Origin: Tubulanus polymorphus
Taxonomy: Eukaryota; Animalia; Nemertea
Length of the DNA: 64,000 bases
NCBI RefSeq assembly: GCF_964204645.1
Contig: NC_134029.1
Coordinates: 16,486,950 to 16,550,949, forward strand
Direction: 5' to 3'
Positions 34,429 to 49,400 of this stretch are shown piece by piece (the stretch's first letter is position 1; every line of letters starts with the position of its first letter). The notes beneath the pieces are model-generated. The model was not told the DNA's origin and searched no databases. It saw nothing but the letters and a program-made list of their open reading frames with translations. A program made the position numbers and the translations under genes.

Positions 34429-37400
34429 ATGAGAAGTCGAAGTAATTCTGGAGTGCGTTTGGATTATTTTTACAGAATTGTAAATAAAACAATTCTGAAA
34501 CATCAGGTAGACCTTGCCTCAACTTTTTACTTCACTCTTACTCGGTACTTGTGTCCCTGGCAAATTTAGTACATTCCCGCTCCATTTATACTTCTTGCTC
34601 ATTTCAGCATCCAGTTACGGGATTACTGCCAGCTACGCCTGATCACCCTCATGCCTGGGTTAGAGATAATGTATACTCCATTCTGGCAGTTTGGGGCTTA
34701 GCTCTAGCGTATAAGAAGAATGCCGATTTGGACGAAGACCGAGCGAAGGCTTACGAATTGACTCAAAGTGTTGTGAAATTAATGAGAGGTTTACTATTGT
34801 CGATGATGAAACAAGTTGATAAATTAGAGAAATTCAAATACACGCAAAGTAAAGAGGACTGTTTGCATGCAAAGTTTAGTGTTTCCACTGGAGCGACTGT
34901 GGTCGGAGACACGGAATGGGGACATTTACAAATAGATGCAACTTCATTATATCTACTACAACTAGCTCAAATGACGGCATCCGGCCATCAGATTGTGTAT
35001 ACTTTAGATGAAGTTTCATTCATTCAGAATTTAGTCTTCTACATAGAATCTGCTTACAGAATTCCGGTAAAAAAATGGAGATTTTCGATTGCCTACTTAC
35101 TTTTCCTTTTAAAACGATCATACAATTCACTGAATGTTTGTAGGATTATGGAATCTGGGAACGCGGAGATAAAACAAACCATGGACTACCTGAATTAAAT
35201 GCAAGTTCAATCGGAATGGCGAAGGTACAGTAGATTATTTCTTTAGGGATGGTTTCATATTGTTGCAATCAAATGTCTCTTAACTATCGAATAGATTTAG
35301 TTTTCCTTAGTCATAGTATAAATTTATATATGAGGGGCTAATTTTACAATGCTTTCCATTGAGTTTATTGGGTTTATACATTTATCTAGATCAGTCCTTT
35401 ATCATTGATGGAAAATTGTTTTTGCGGTAAATATCAATACTTTTAGCCCACTTGGGACTTGGGCTCGCTCTTCGTTCGTCCGTACTGTTCATTTGTTGGT
35501 TCGTCCGTAGGTGAAATCCCGTTATATTTAAGTTTTGAATATGCATCATTGGATTGTCTTGATATTTGGTTTGCACATGTATCTGCAGATACCTTAGACA
35601 CACTTGCAGCAAAAAATTGGCCCATTCAGGATCAAGATAACCGATTGGCGGCCATTGTTGTTCACCTAAATCGGTTCTATGAGGCATTTTCAAAAATCAA
35701 TGTGCCCATGTTTATGTCATGTGATTAACCACAACTATCCTCGTTTTCACGAACATTCGATTTGATTGCAAAATCAAATTGTTTTACGAAAACAGTACAA
35801 TTTGATCATTGCGCCATCTTGGTTTAATCATGTACGTCGGGGTAGTTGCTGCTACATGGCAGCTCAATACGGCTTTATCGATTTCTAACAACGCACGTTG
35901 ATTTTATTGGGATGTTTCGTAAGAATTCCCTTGCGGTAATGCTACATCATTCAAGTCTGAATATCGATACAAAGCCGTTGTCTTCATTGCAGGTGGCAAC
36001 CACCGCGATATTAAACTATCGGTACACAGGTGGAATGAAAATAATTTTTGTAAATTGTCAAAAGAATTTCGATAGGGTTTCCCATCAACGGCAAAAATTG
36101 TGATATTTGTTAGGCACAGCTCCAATAGATCCTTGTGATCTCTCAGTGTAGTCCACATTTTCTTGTTACATTTTCATCACTGTATATTATATATCAATAA
36201 AATGCTATAATGTAACAACCAAATGAAAATAAATACTACAATACAATTAACCTACAGTCATTGAAATGTGAAATTGTCAGATTTTCAAGTATTTCTGAAA
36301 TACTTGAAATTGTATCCCTGGAGCCCTTGTTGAATTGAAGTTATGTGGAAAATTGATTCTGGGTTATGACAAATTAAGGGCACTATGGGGCTACATCCAA
36401 AGTCCACAGAATGTCACGAGTGTTGATCACTTTGTAGAGAATACCCACATGTGAATTAATCTAGACCAGGTGTTAGGTTAACCATTTTCAATTGCAGGAT
36501 ACATGCACTGAAATACCATTATTTTTCTTTACATAACTATAGGCGGCACTTGAGGCTATAAATGAATTAGATGTATTTAGTTCAAGAGGAGGTCCAAATT
36601 CAGTAATACACGTATTAGCTGATGAACCACAACAATGTCAGGTAATAGTCCATTCTAATCATTTGTGTATAACAATATTGTTCATTACTGAATGAATTCA
36701 TATTTTTGTTTTTTTCTGTTTGTTGTTATTGTTGTTTTTCTTCATTCACAATCTTGTACTTTGGATTTATGATGAATAAATTGAAATTGAAATTATTCTC
36801 ATATTTTAGGCTGTGTTACAATCAATGTTACCCCGAGAGTCATCCTCAAAGGTATAGATATATTATTACAGTAGACTCCGCCCAACACAAATTAATTGGG
36901 ACCAGAAAAGAATCAACGCGCTAAGCGAAATTCGAGTTGGGGTTATTGATAAAATTGGCCAAAAATTATTAAGAAATCAAACCTCAATAAACCATTCTAT
37001 ATCGATCCTACGTGGATTGTTTGACAATCAGATGCTAGATAGAAATGAATTCCGTTTAAGTAAGGAGACAGAAAAAGATTTCAACATATGCCGAATTTCG
37101 ACTCAATAGGATTCTAGTTGAGAGGAGTCAACTGTATTAACATTTTGGCCGGGAGGCATTATTTGACTACTGACGAGATAAATTACTTTCTTTCAGGAAG
37201 TAGATAGTGCATTATTGAGTATAATTAGTTTCCCAGCATTTGCAGTGGACGATGAGGGGTTAATAGAACTGACCAGAAAGACTATTGTTGAGAAATTACA
37301 GGTAATGCACCTACCCTGTATCAGGGTATGCAAAATCACTTGTGATGCTCCTACCTTGTATCAGGGAATGATAGATTCAGGGAATGATAGAGTTAGTGGT

Positions 37401-40400
37401 TGCCCCCTCCCCCAAGGCTACATTCAATTCATCGTTGTATACAATATTTCAGGGTCGTTATGGTTGCTGTCGATTTTTACGTGATGGTTATAAAACTGCT
37501 AAAGAGGTAAGTTTAGTGCTGGTATTCCAGACCATGTGGTTTTATAGTTGTGAGTCAAATTTTATTGTTATTTAGATGTAGACTACCTAGCTACCTATTG
37601 TTTATACATGTTGCCACCTGGCCGTCAGTAGACAGAATCTAGTGTTTAGCCCACTTGGGACTTTTTAGCCCACTTGTGTTCACTTTTCATCCGTCATCCG
37701 TCTGTCCGTCCATAGACGGAATCCAGTTATAATAAGATAAAAACCCACTACGTACAAATTGAAAGAATTTTAAAATCGAGAATTTATTCTATCATAAAAT
37801 CATTTTCAGCCCAAAAACTGGCCCGATCAGAATCAAGATGGCCAACTGGCAGCCATTGTTGTTTGCCAAAATCAGCTCTTTTCACACATTTTTGGCGAAC
37901 TGTAGGTTTGCCTATGCAAACGGTCTGATGAAGCAGTTTTCATTGAAAATGAATAGAGTACCGGTGTATCAACAAGGCACAAACATTGGCTATTGAACCA
38001 ATAGTGATTGATTTTTGGTGTCATGGTTTGGCTTGACGAGTTCTCAAGCCTACAAAAATGTCATAGTGATCGAGTTATTTTAAAGGGTCTTATTCTTGAA
38101 AAACACGCAAAAACCCTGCTTTTTTGCATTAAGATATGGCACGTTTTTACATATGACAATTTGCATGCTTGGAATTGAAATATATAAAGATTCAATCCTT
38201 CCTGGAAGTGTCGCCGTTTTTAGTTCGACTGATCTCGATGTACTTCTTGACCTACAGGCCTTCACTTTATAAACCTCCTAAAGTTCCTCGCTTCTATTTA
38301 TTTTATTCGACTAGGTATCGTAAGTTTGCTTATAATTTGTTCTTTGTCATGAATATAAGCGAGTAGGCTATTCAATTCAGTATCTGAAATAGCAAGTATG
38401 ACAATACCAATGGCAGGGTTCGTAGTGGGTCTACCAAGTCGTTATTTATTTTTATATTTAAGAAAAAAGTCATAGCCGGTATTTGTTTTGATTTCTAGAA
38501 AAAACGTCTGTATATCTTTGTATTTTTTTACATTTTGTGGATGGATGGATTCTGACTTGTAAAATTGCGGTCAATCTAATACTGCGTCGTGAGTATATTT
38601 GTATATACATGCGTCAGCAGTCGGCTGCGTGTGTGCGAATATAGGTTACGATATATGGCTGTGTGTGTTAGTAATCACCTGAGCGAGTCTATATATAGCA
38701 CAGTGACTCGGCAATGATAGTATACACAGCACTCTCACACATCCGCAGGCGCATATTGTCAGCCTCATACATCTTCAATCCAAATTTTAATTTATATTTA
38801 GTATAATATTTTTGACAATATATGCACTCAATGATTTAATGGTGAGCCACAGGGCCATTGGACCTTTATTGAAGTTTTCAAGGGAAATTTTGAAAACGTT
38901 TTGATCAATATCATGATCTTTTGCACGTTTGTATCTCTCCATGGTGCATCAGCCTAATGAACAATGGATCGATCGGACGCAAAATGGCTGTCATTTTTTG
39001 TAATGTCTATTTCAACCTGACATTCCAGGTGGCCTAGTTCAGTCAGTTTTAGTAGTACACACCTGATAAAAGTCTTATTAGGACCAGAAGGGACAGGCAG
39101 CTGATCTAAAATATCATTTTTTAATCCGACTTTAAACTGTATTGAAGGATATCCTGCATTGATATCTGCATTGAGAGGGGTTCCTGAGAGAAAAGAGACT
39201 CCATGGGCTCAAGTATAAAATATGGAAAAGTAGTCCAATGGCCTTTTACCTGATGTATCAATATGCACAATGCTGACCAAATATCTGCCAATCTTACTCC
39301 CGAAATATACCGATACTCCCGATATACCGACACTCCCGACATACGGGCATTCCCGACACACTGGCACTCCAGACATACCGACATACCAGCACTCCCGATA
39401 TACCGGCAATCCGACACACCGGCACTCCCGACATACTGACACTCCCGACATACCGGCACTCTGGCAATGCTGCAAACCTACATATAGACATTCCAGTCAT
39501 TATTTAACCATGCCGGTTGTTTTGAGAATATATATTTGTAAGGCTGGGGCGTTCAGTTCCTAATAATCCCCTGTAGAGATGCTGGGATCATGGGGCGTTG
39601 GGTTCCTAATAATCCCCTGTAGAGAAATACCGAGATCGTGGGGCGTTTGGTTCCTAATATTCCCCTGTACAGAGGTGCTGGGATCGTGAGGTGTTTGATT
39701 CCTAATATTCCCCTGTACAGAGGTGCTGGGATCGTGGGGTGTTTGGTTCCTAATATTCCCCTGTACAGAGGTGTTTGGACCGTGGGGTGTTTGGTTCCTA
39801 ATATTCCCCTAGGATCGTGGGGCGTTCGGTTCTTGATATTCTCCTGTACAGAGGTGCTGGGATCGTGGGGTGTTTGGTTCCTAATATTCCCCTGTACAGA
39901 GGTGCTTGGACAGGTTGAAATAGACATTACCCAAAAATTTGCCCATTTTACCCATTTTTGCCCTGAATTCCAAGACCTGTAGCTTCTGAGTGGTTGGCCA
40001 TTTTTCTTTGAAATTCATGTTGGTTATACTTTGAGAAGGGCTCTTAAACATATCAAACATATTCTATGATCAGTCAAGCAGCCATCTTCAGCAGTTATCT
40101 AAGTGTCATCACTCCTCATTTATAGATATAAAAAGGTTGTTGGTGGAAAATATAGACAAGTTTTAACTTATAGTCTTGATATTTGACAAATAGCATCACT
40201 GTGGTAGTATTCATCTCCTAACGTGGAATTGGGGTTACCCAGGTTTTTGTTCTTGCCACCAGGGGGAGTTGAATATTGAATAATATGCAAATTGCTTATT
40301 TATATTCGTACCTATGGATATTTATTCAGTAACTACAATCAATTGCAAAGTTGTAGCTTATGACATGTTCTATGATTGTGGCTAGTTTCAACGTGATTGA

Positions 40401-43400
40401 TATCTGAATAATAGGCCTATTTGCTCACCGGGGGGGAATTTTGAATTGTCAGATTGTGGAGCATTTCAGACCTCTTTCCGAGTGGGCATGGCGGCCCTAG
40501 ACACCTAGTTTCTATTATGTCTTTATTTTATAGGATGCTAATAGATTATACTATGAGCCATGGGAGTTGAAAGTATTTGAGAATATTGAATGTCAGTGGC
40601 CTGTTTTCTTTGCTTATTTCATCCTTGATGGTTTGTTCTTTGGAAATAAAGAACAAGTAAGTTCAGTCGTATAGATTCAGATTCTAGGTTTTATTTGTTG
40701 CTAGATACTTCTAAAAAGTGCAAAAATTATAACCAAACTATTTCCTTTTTCATGAATTTGGCAGTTGCTATTTACAGAGGTGATTATACTATGAGCCCGC
40801 TTCATTCAAATCAGTTTGGACCAAGGAAATTAATGCAGTTATGAAAAATCCGGCCCAAATATCATATTTTACATATGCCCTACGCCTATGTATAGATGGA
40901 CTGTGAATCTGGATTAAACTGATCTGAATTAAGTGGGCTTGATAGTAAAATCAAATAGTAAAATGTTCTCCACTTTTTGAATTTTAGGTGCAGTCATATA
41001 AAGATTTACTGGATAAAGTTTTGATCCGTATAGAGGGAAGTGGAATGACTTTCATGCCTGAACTTTATTCAGTCCCTGCTGAGAAGGTAAGTTTACTGTT
41101 AGTTTAAATATCAGAATTGGTTACTTTTGAGTGCAAGTCACATGAGACAGAACTGAGCACTCAGTTCTATCAAATTTCAGAAGCCAATTCGCAAGCTATT
41201 TTTCTAAGATTTTCAAGAAGATTATCTCTTAAGATGCAAAATAGCTCTGGAACAAGTTTGTTGTTAGCTATGTTAAGGATGAGCTGAAAAATATAACTTC
41301 CTTGCCACAGACAATATTTTGGAAGTAACCTTTCAAGTAGGTCAGGATAAATTGAATTTCAGGGGTCAAAAGGTCATGATTTTAGTGGCCCACCTCATCA
41401 AATCTGTGTGTTTACTACAAGATAACAGTGAGCGGTGTGGGTGAGTGGTTAGACTCTGGGAAGCCAGGTCATGGATTCAAATCCCATAGATTCCTGTAGT
41501 GTCCCCAGGCAAGATACCTATCCTCATTGCCTCCAGGGTAAATGGCTACCTTGTCTGATGATAGATGACTCCTGAGCGCCCAACAGCTCCCTGATGTTGC
41601 TTCTCTCCCGGGAGAGATGACTGATGAATGGTTAGAGTTATATGTTGGGGGTAATAATAACAATTTAATGGAAAGCGCTGTTGAACATTGTATCACAGTG
41701 AAAATGGTGCTATAGAAGTAAATAGATATTGATATATTAATTGAATTGATGTTAATAACACAAACTTGAAATACATAAAAATCAGCTGAAATGAGCTATT
41801 TTGTATCACAATAAATGAGGATTTTCCCCTGTATTTTCTGAGTAATAGATAATACATAGTGAAGTTTGTAATGATAAATGGAAAGTTTCATACTGGTTTA
41901 CAAATATAATATGCATTATTTTATTTGCAGGTAAATGATGAGTATAATAAACCGCGCTCGCAGGAGAGGAAGGCTATTGGTAAAGTACCCCATATGTGGG
42001 GTCAGTCTTTATATGTTCTGGGCCGACTGGTTATTGAGGTAAGTTTCTGCGGGAATGCTTTCAGTTATCATCAATTTTAGCCCCCTAGAGGCATAGCCTA
42101 TCAGGCTGTTGCATTCACTTTTCATCTATCAGGGTATCCATTCTTTGGCATTTACTTATTTTCCTTGAAAAATACAGCTTCTACTTTTTGGACGTTTAAT
42201 AATTCTCGAAAATACAGGAAAATCATCGAAAATACTTACAATTTTGGTTTGTGCTACTTAAAGAATTTTTTTTGGGGGGGGGAGGGGAGTTGGCACCGCT
42301 CATCTAAATATTTTGGTTTATGTAAGTCTACCCTAGATACTACATCAGCAGCCTATAAAATTGACCTGATCAGAAACGAGATGGCTAATGAATTGCTAGT
42401 TTGTAAGACGAAATCGATACTTTCTACGCCACTTGGATCGAGTTGGTTGAACAGCTTGCAGAGCTGTTACGCTTGCAGCAACCACGGCCAAATTTATCAG
42501 GTTGACGGCAAACAAGTAGGCCTCGTTGCTAGCTAAGGAACACTAAGCATATCCTACAGCTGATCTGTCAGCGTTTATTAAAATATACCATTTATGACCC
42601 TTCAGACCCATCAAAGATACTTATAATTCTAAAATTATCATTACTTATTGCAGTTTATGATAGAATATGACTTACTCAATGGGGTATTAAAATAGGTGAA
42701 TTATGGTATTGGATTGTCTTCCACCAATTTTGAACCATGCCTTGAGACACATTTATCATCATCTGATCTTGGTTGTTCTTTGTCCTAACGGAGACTGGGT
42801 ACTTCAAACCTCAAATACCGTACACTGATCAAAAGGACAAATATATACACCTTGTATTTTGCTTACTATGCATACTTCGTAACCACAATCGATTGCAAAT
42901 TTGAAGCTTATGATATTTTCTATGATTTCGGCGAGTTTCAAGGTCTCTGGTTTCTGTAAAAGTTCCCAGGGGAAGTTAAAAAGTTAAATGAAGTAGTATA
43001 TGTTATTCCATAGTATAGGTTCTTAGGATAGTTTCATTAGAATGATTTGGCCTATGGCATGTTCTATGGTCGTGGAGGGTTCCATTGGGTTCTGTATATT
43101 CTTTAGGGGAGTTGAATAAGGATTTCGAACATTACAACTTCCCAAGTGGGCGAAGGCCCATGTCCTTATACCTCCTGGGGAATGGTAAACTGTCAATTCA
43201 CAGTGTTTGGAGGCCGGTGGTTGATGGGTCCATATCGAATAATGTTGCGCTATGAGCCTAGCCTAAAAAAGTCAAGTTTCTGTACTGAATAATGCATTTG
43301 TTAATTTTAGGGGTTCCTGTCGCCAGGGGAGTTAGATCCGTTGAACAGACGTCTAGTTACCGAACCTAAACCAGATTTAGTTGTTCAAGGTAAAATGCAC

Positions 43401-46400
43401 AGTATAATCAAGTACCAGGGCGGCAATGGCAACATGCTCAAGTGCCTACTTAAGATAGCACCAATAGAATTGATTTCTCCCGGGGTGACTTTTTGTCTGG
43501 AGATTTTGTTTTGCCTTTTATTTTTAAAACAACTACACTGACTCTTAGAGGTTCAAAAGTTGGAGCAGAAGATCAAAATATTTAGCTTTTTACCCTTTTT
43601 AGCCCACTTGGGACTTCAGCATTCACTTTTCATCTGTTTTCTGTCGGTTTGTTCGTTATAGTAATAATAATTAATGACGATAATTTATTCAGCCTAAAAT
43701 CCATATTAAATATGCTCATTGGCTTTACATCATATATAAAAAGCGAACATAAAACAGAGAACAAAAATGGTTTGATTAAAAGCTTTGATGAACAAATGGG
43801 TTTTGAGATTAGATTTAAAAACATCGATTGAAGGACTAGATTTAATTGGACTATGTTAATTATTCCAGAGTACTGGAGCAGAGTACGCATAGGCTCTATG
43901 CCCGGCTGAGACAAGATCAACGTGGGAAATGACTAGCAGGGATTGATTGTTAGATCTTAAAAACTCTAGCGGATGATTTGTATTGCACAAGTGACTGTAG
44001 ATATTGTGATGCAAGAAAGTTTAGGGATTTGAATGTTATGATTTTAAACTGGATACGAGATTTGATTGGGAGCCAGTGAAGGTCATGAATAATTGGTGAT
44101 ATATGACAGAATTTTGAGTTTTGAGTAACAACACGAGCTGCAGAATTTTGAACACGCTGTAGGTTAGTTATAATATTGTCTGGGAGACCAAATAGTAAAG
44201 AATTACAGTAATCTAGACGAGTGGTAACAAAAGCATGAAAAAGTGTTCAGTAGTCACTTGGTCTAAAAATTGTCTAATTTTACTAATATTCTGTAAGTGG
44301 TATTATGCTGTAGAGCATAACTTATTAATATGTTTAGACATAGTCATGCTGTCGTAAAAAAAAACACGTAGGTTTCTGACCAAATGAACAGGGGTGATAA
44401 CAGAAATCGTCTAGATCTAAAACAAAATCGGAGAGTTTAGTGAGCTGTGATGGATTACCGACAAGTGAAAACTCGGTTTGTCTCCATTCACCTGCAAAAA
44501 ATTTAAATCCATCCAACGCTTTAGATCAACATAGCAAAGCTGGAGAGTATTTTTAGCGGAAGTTACGTCAACTTTAGGTTTAATCTTGATATACAACTGA
44601 GAATCATCAGCATAAAAATTGGTAGAACGTAGATGGTGTACAATAGGGTTCCTAGGACAGACCCCTGTGATACACCATATTTTGGTAAACATGGGTCAGA
44701 AGAATACAAATCGCCGATACAAATAATTAGATTACAATTGGTAAGGTAGGATTTTATCCATTCGTAACAAGACCATAGGGTAGATAGAATCCAGTTATTT
44801 TGGGAAGTTTTGAAGATGCTCCTCCAGGAAAATTTTGAAATAGGAAACCCCTGGAGAAACCATTTCCAAAGATAAAGATTGTTTCAACCTTAGAAAAAAA
44901 CATTAGGAGCCTTTAGACAAATTTTTTATGGGAAAGATTTTTGGGGGCCAACTGAAGATCTAGAGCGAGGGTTGCGTGTGCCCCAGGTGCTACCAGATGG
45001 ATCCGGTGAGGTCGTTGGAAAATGCCAAATTCGACACATGTTCAAACTTCACACTTGCATCAACTGTATATTTTTCAAAAGTCCATAGTACCGTGGTTAT
45101 CATGTGTCGGCCTATGTATGTTTCGAATACTGTTCATAATTACGTTCAAAAATGTCATTTACACTACTATAAAATTCTAACATCACTCCAGACAGGTCGT
45201 CTTTTCAATGGCAATTTATTCAGACAAACATTCGCTATCCTGCCCTAGTTCGCAATGCTAGACATTCGACATTGTAACGACGCATCCTTGCACTTGTTAT
45301 AGACAGGCTTTCGCCATCCTAACAAAAACAGATCGTCAAGACATCGACAAGGTCGACGTCGATTGTCTGTGGGGGGTAGGTACAGACAGCAGATTGACAG
45401 CTGCATAAGGCAGGGTTTCTGTGATGGTAAAAAAGATGTCTATTAGTCATTATTGGGGGAAAATTGTACAAGCTTGTATCTATGCCAAGAGGAACACCGC
45501 AGGTATGAAGCCCAAAGGGCGAGTTTTGAGGATTTTCAGAGCCATTTTAAGTACGTTTTAATGTTATCATGTGGACTATGCTGTTATTAAAACTACCACC
45601 GAGTAGTGCCTGTCACGTGAACTTATGCATTCATTGAAGTACATTGTATCTCTCACAGAGAGAACAGTGCTTATGCACAGTGTCATTGGCTAAAGTGTAT
45701 GGACTACCATTATGAAAAATAGGGTGGGTAGGAATATTATTGACGCACTGTCGGGGCAACTACACTATGCTTTGTAGATATGGCCTTTGCGCTATTACTA
45801 CTACATCGTCAGCCACGCACTTTATTATTAAAACTGATAGTTACTTTGAAATAACTTAGAATAAGAACATTATAAAGTCTGAAGAGAAGAAATAATCAAT
45901 TCCTTTTCACAATTCCTCTCAGCAGTATTTCTGGGGAAGATAGGACGACTTTTGGCTGGGGGGGGAAATGTCCGTTCATTGCTATGTTTACCAGGGGGTG
46001 TTGAATATATAGCATGTTGTTGATAACTTTTGGGCCAACAAAGTAGACATAAATAATTTGGATATAAGTGAACTTGAGGTCAAGGTCACATACTCCAAGA
46101 TGGCCACCATGAAAAAAATTCACGAAAAAGTCTCAGATAAACTGCTCTGTCTCCCAGGAAAATGCACTGATCTATTCAATTTCAACTGAAATTATATGCC
46201 ATATATCCTTACTTTATGTTGTAAAAATTTCAAAGGAATAGAACAACTAAAAAATTTATTTTTCCACTCATTTACCCACTTTTCTACCAATACGTCGGAA
46301 GGCCTGATGTAAGGGGAGTGATTGGGGTATAATTTCAGGCCTCGGAAAATTTCTTACCTAAGTATTTAACACTGATATATTATATATCATGGTGTTGATA

Positions 46401-49400
46401 ACCTTTGGGCTAACAAATAAGACAAATAATTTGGATATATGTGACCTTAAGGATGGACAGTTTCTGGTTCTTCATTATTGTCATTGGTGTCCATTGCCAT
46501 GACAATAGGATCAACAAGGTCTAAACAAATTGTCACTGATTTCATTTTCATCATCAAAATCATTGCCGACACTAAACCTATTTTCTGACTAAGTCTCATC
46601 ATCTGAACTGCACTGCCATATTCATTGTCACTCTCAATTTGTTCACTACCAAATTCCAAGTCCCCAGCATCACTTTTTTTTAACACCCTCTACCCGCTAA
46701 GCGCCACGCAGGGCATTATAAGCGGGTTCAATGTTTCTTTTGCGCGATGGGGGAGAGACCAGAGAAGAACCTTCGACCAAGAAACTCTATCGCCACCAGG
46801 GTTTGAACCATAAACCCTGGATTGACGAGACCAATGACCGGCGGCCACTGCTCCTCTCTAACTCGACAGGCATACGACAAGGATTCACAGACAGGTCCAG
46901 CACTGTCAGCATCATATACCAGCTGCTGACACGTTTCATCCAGCCAAATTGTTTTTTCCTGGCTGCTGCCATCTTGGATTTTATGCAGATGGCAGCACCG
47001 GCTGATACTGATAGATATGCCCTTCTAGAAGAAGGGTTAAGCGATACCGTATCACATACGGTGCGCAGTGCTTCATCTAGCATTAAAAAAGGGCAGGGTG
47101 CTGATTTCAAATAAGGGCATTTTTGTGCGTGATTCCATCGGAGGAAGGGCACATAATAACGCGCTCTCGTCTGTTTTAGGGGCAAACTGCAATGTTCCCT
47201 ATTGCATAGAATCGAGGTACCCTCTACTACGATTTAGGACTAGAAACTATGTTTAACTCTGATTTTGCCATGAGTGACACACTTGACCACAGTACATCCT
47301 TACACCTATGCCTGTCAATGAACAAAAGTTAATCTAGATAGGGCTTTCAAATGATTTGGAAAACCAGTTGCAGACAAAAAAATTGCAGAAAAAAGCAGAA
47401 ACTATGTTTAACTCTGATTTTGCCATGAGTGACACACTTGACCACAGTACATCCTTACACCTATGCCTGTCAATGAACAAAAGTTAATCTAGATAGGGCT
47501 TTCAAAATGATTTGGAAAACCAGTTGCAGACAAAAAAATTGCAGAAAAAAGCAATCTCAAGTAGCAAATACAGCGAAAAAGAGCCAGCAATAGTGTATAG
47601 GCCTACATGAAATTGCATATTTTTAATCTTAGAAATATCAAATTAATTGATTTAAATTGATAGTGTGAGTGATTGGCAAGTAACTGTTGATAATTGGTAA
47701 GTAGCCAGCTTTTAGGCTACTCAAACTAATTGTCTGTGCGAGTCTCTCTGTGAGTTCACCGAACAAAGTTTTTCACCTTGTATATATAAAATTTGTCTAA
47801 TAGTCTAGATAAAAGGATCCAGAGCATCACGATGTGTTCAAAACGAAACAATCCATCGAATGTACACTACCAGCTTTACAACGGCAGTTGCTAGAATGAT
47901 TGGCAGTAGTTTGAAGTCAGCCAATTTCCTGGAAACTTAAACTAGGCCACGCGTCTGAGGCACGTTTTCACACGATGCATACTGACTGCAGTACATTTGA
48001 ATATAACTACTGATCACATGAGCTACTATCGTTGATATCATAGGAGATATTTCATAGCCGTCGAAGGAAACTTACTAACAGTCGGATGCCTCGGCTTACT
48101 TTGAAAGCTCTGACTCATTACTCGTGACTGACAAGTGCAGGATGGCGGACCTACGGCAAAAGATGAGGGCACAAGGGCGTGCATGGGACACATCTGAAGG
48201 GCACAAGGGCGGCTATTTTCGTGGGTGGGGCGGACCGCCCTTCCATTTTTGGCTAGATGAAGCACTGGGTGCGGGTATGCTAGCTTGTCAATTTGTACCG
48301 TATGCTATATGGTAGCGGTATTGTAAGGGTTAAGCATTTCAAACCACTTCCCATATAGGTGTGGTGTGCCTGGAACCCTAGTTACCATTACTTGCATCCC
48401 GCAAACTAACATTGCTCAGAAAATAATCAATGACAGACCTACTCCTGATTTGTCTAAAAGGTCAAGTAAAGGGGTAGTTAGTCACGTGTTAAGCTTTTAT
48501 AATCTGATAGATGGCGTATACTCAAAAGAATATCCTATTGTGAAAGTATCAAAAACCACACATTTAGTGATACTCCACTGAAGGGATTTGGCAGTAATAA
48601 CCTGCCCCGTTTGGTTTGTACTGTCTTAACGTTTGAACAAGTAGGCCTATCGTTTGTACTGGGTCATGAAATGTCAGCTGTATCTGCTAGTTCAAAATTC
48701 TCAAATGTAATCATCTTTCCAAGATGTCATTTATGCAGGTGTCAATGAATGACCTGAACCCCCCACCCCGGATGAGGCATTCGATTATTTCTATTTTCAA
48801 TACAACAGGCATACGGTAAGGATTCGCGGACAGGGCTTACTGGTCAGACAGGTGTACTATCACAATAAGACTTTGGTTAGTTTTTGTGTAACGAGATATT
48901 CAACTTCTATACAACAACTGCCAACATGGAGATATAAGGCATTCGATGTTCTCACAGTCAGTCACGGTACGAACTGAATCGCCATCGACGGGTCACACCA
49001 ATTAGCGTCAATAAGCGTCAAAGGGTCCGTTGCATCAAAAAGTGGCACTTCATATAAGCAGTTTAGATTACAGATTTTAAGAATAAAGATTTGGCAATGT
49101 CCACGGGTTACGATTCATGCACCGATAATTCAATTCCATAAAACTTTTTATTATACGGTTGTATCCAAGACTGGTTACCGGTCTCTATCTTCCATAAGCT
49201 TATTGAATGAGACAGACAACCAGTCTAATACACATACAGATTGAGATATGACGTCATCATTCATCCGATTGAACCCTAGCAATGGAATATGGGTTCGTTG
49301 AGTCCAACATTTATTCGACGTTTGTTCATTTCATTAATATTCCGTCAGTAAAGACATACAACATTGATACAGAAGTTAAAAAATCCGTTACGTTAGGCAG

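Larger units (their letters stand above)
37645..40510 (+). mobile_element. HINE copy expanded by nested insertions and minisatellites
   Basis: Duplicated tttagcccacttg start, caagatggcc block, gagtgggcatggcggccctagacacctagtt end. Confidence 0.7.

Noticed and set aside
34551-35198. 215-aa ORF as a standalone gene
   Set aside because: It is PHKA exon 2 (34608-35066) with read-through into flanking introns.
37925-37955. Second hammerhead candidate CTGATGAAG
   Set aside because: No paired stem II leading to GAAAC and no NUH site with stem I.
39121-39563. Cys-rich repetitive ORFs (VCREC...)
   Set aside because: Translation of a 20-bp minisatellite, open in several frames on both strands.
39556-39906. 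CRISPR-like regular repeats and repetitive ORFs (39553-39982)
   Set aside because: Units are contiguous 50-mers with no unique spacers and no cas genes, in a eukaryotic intron: a minisatellite.
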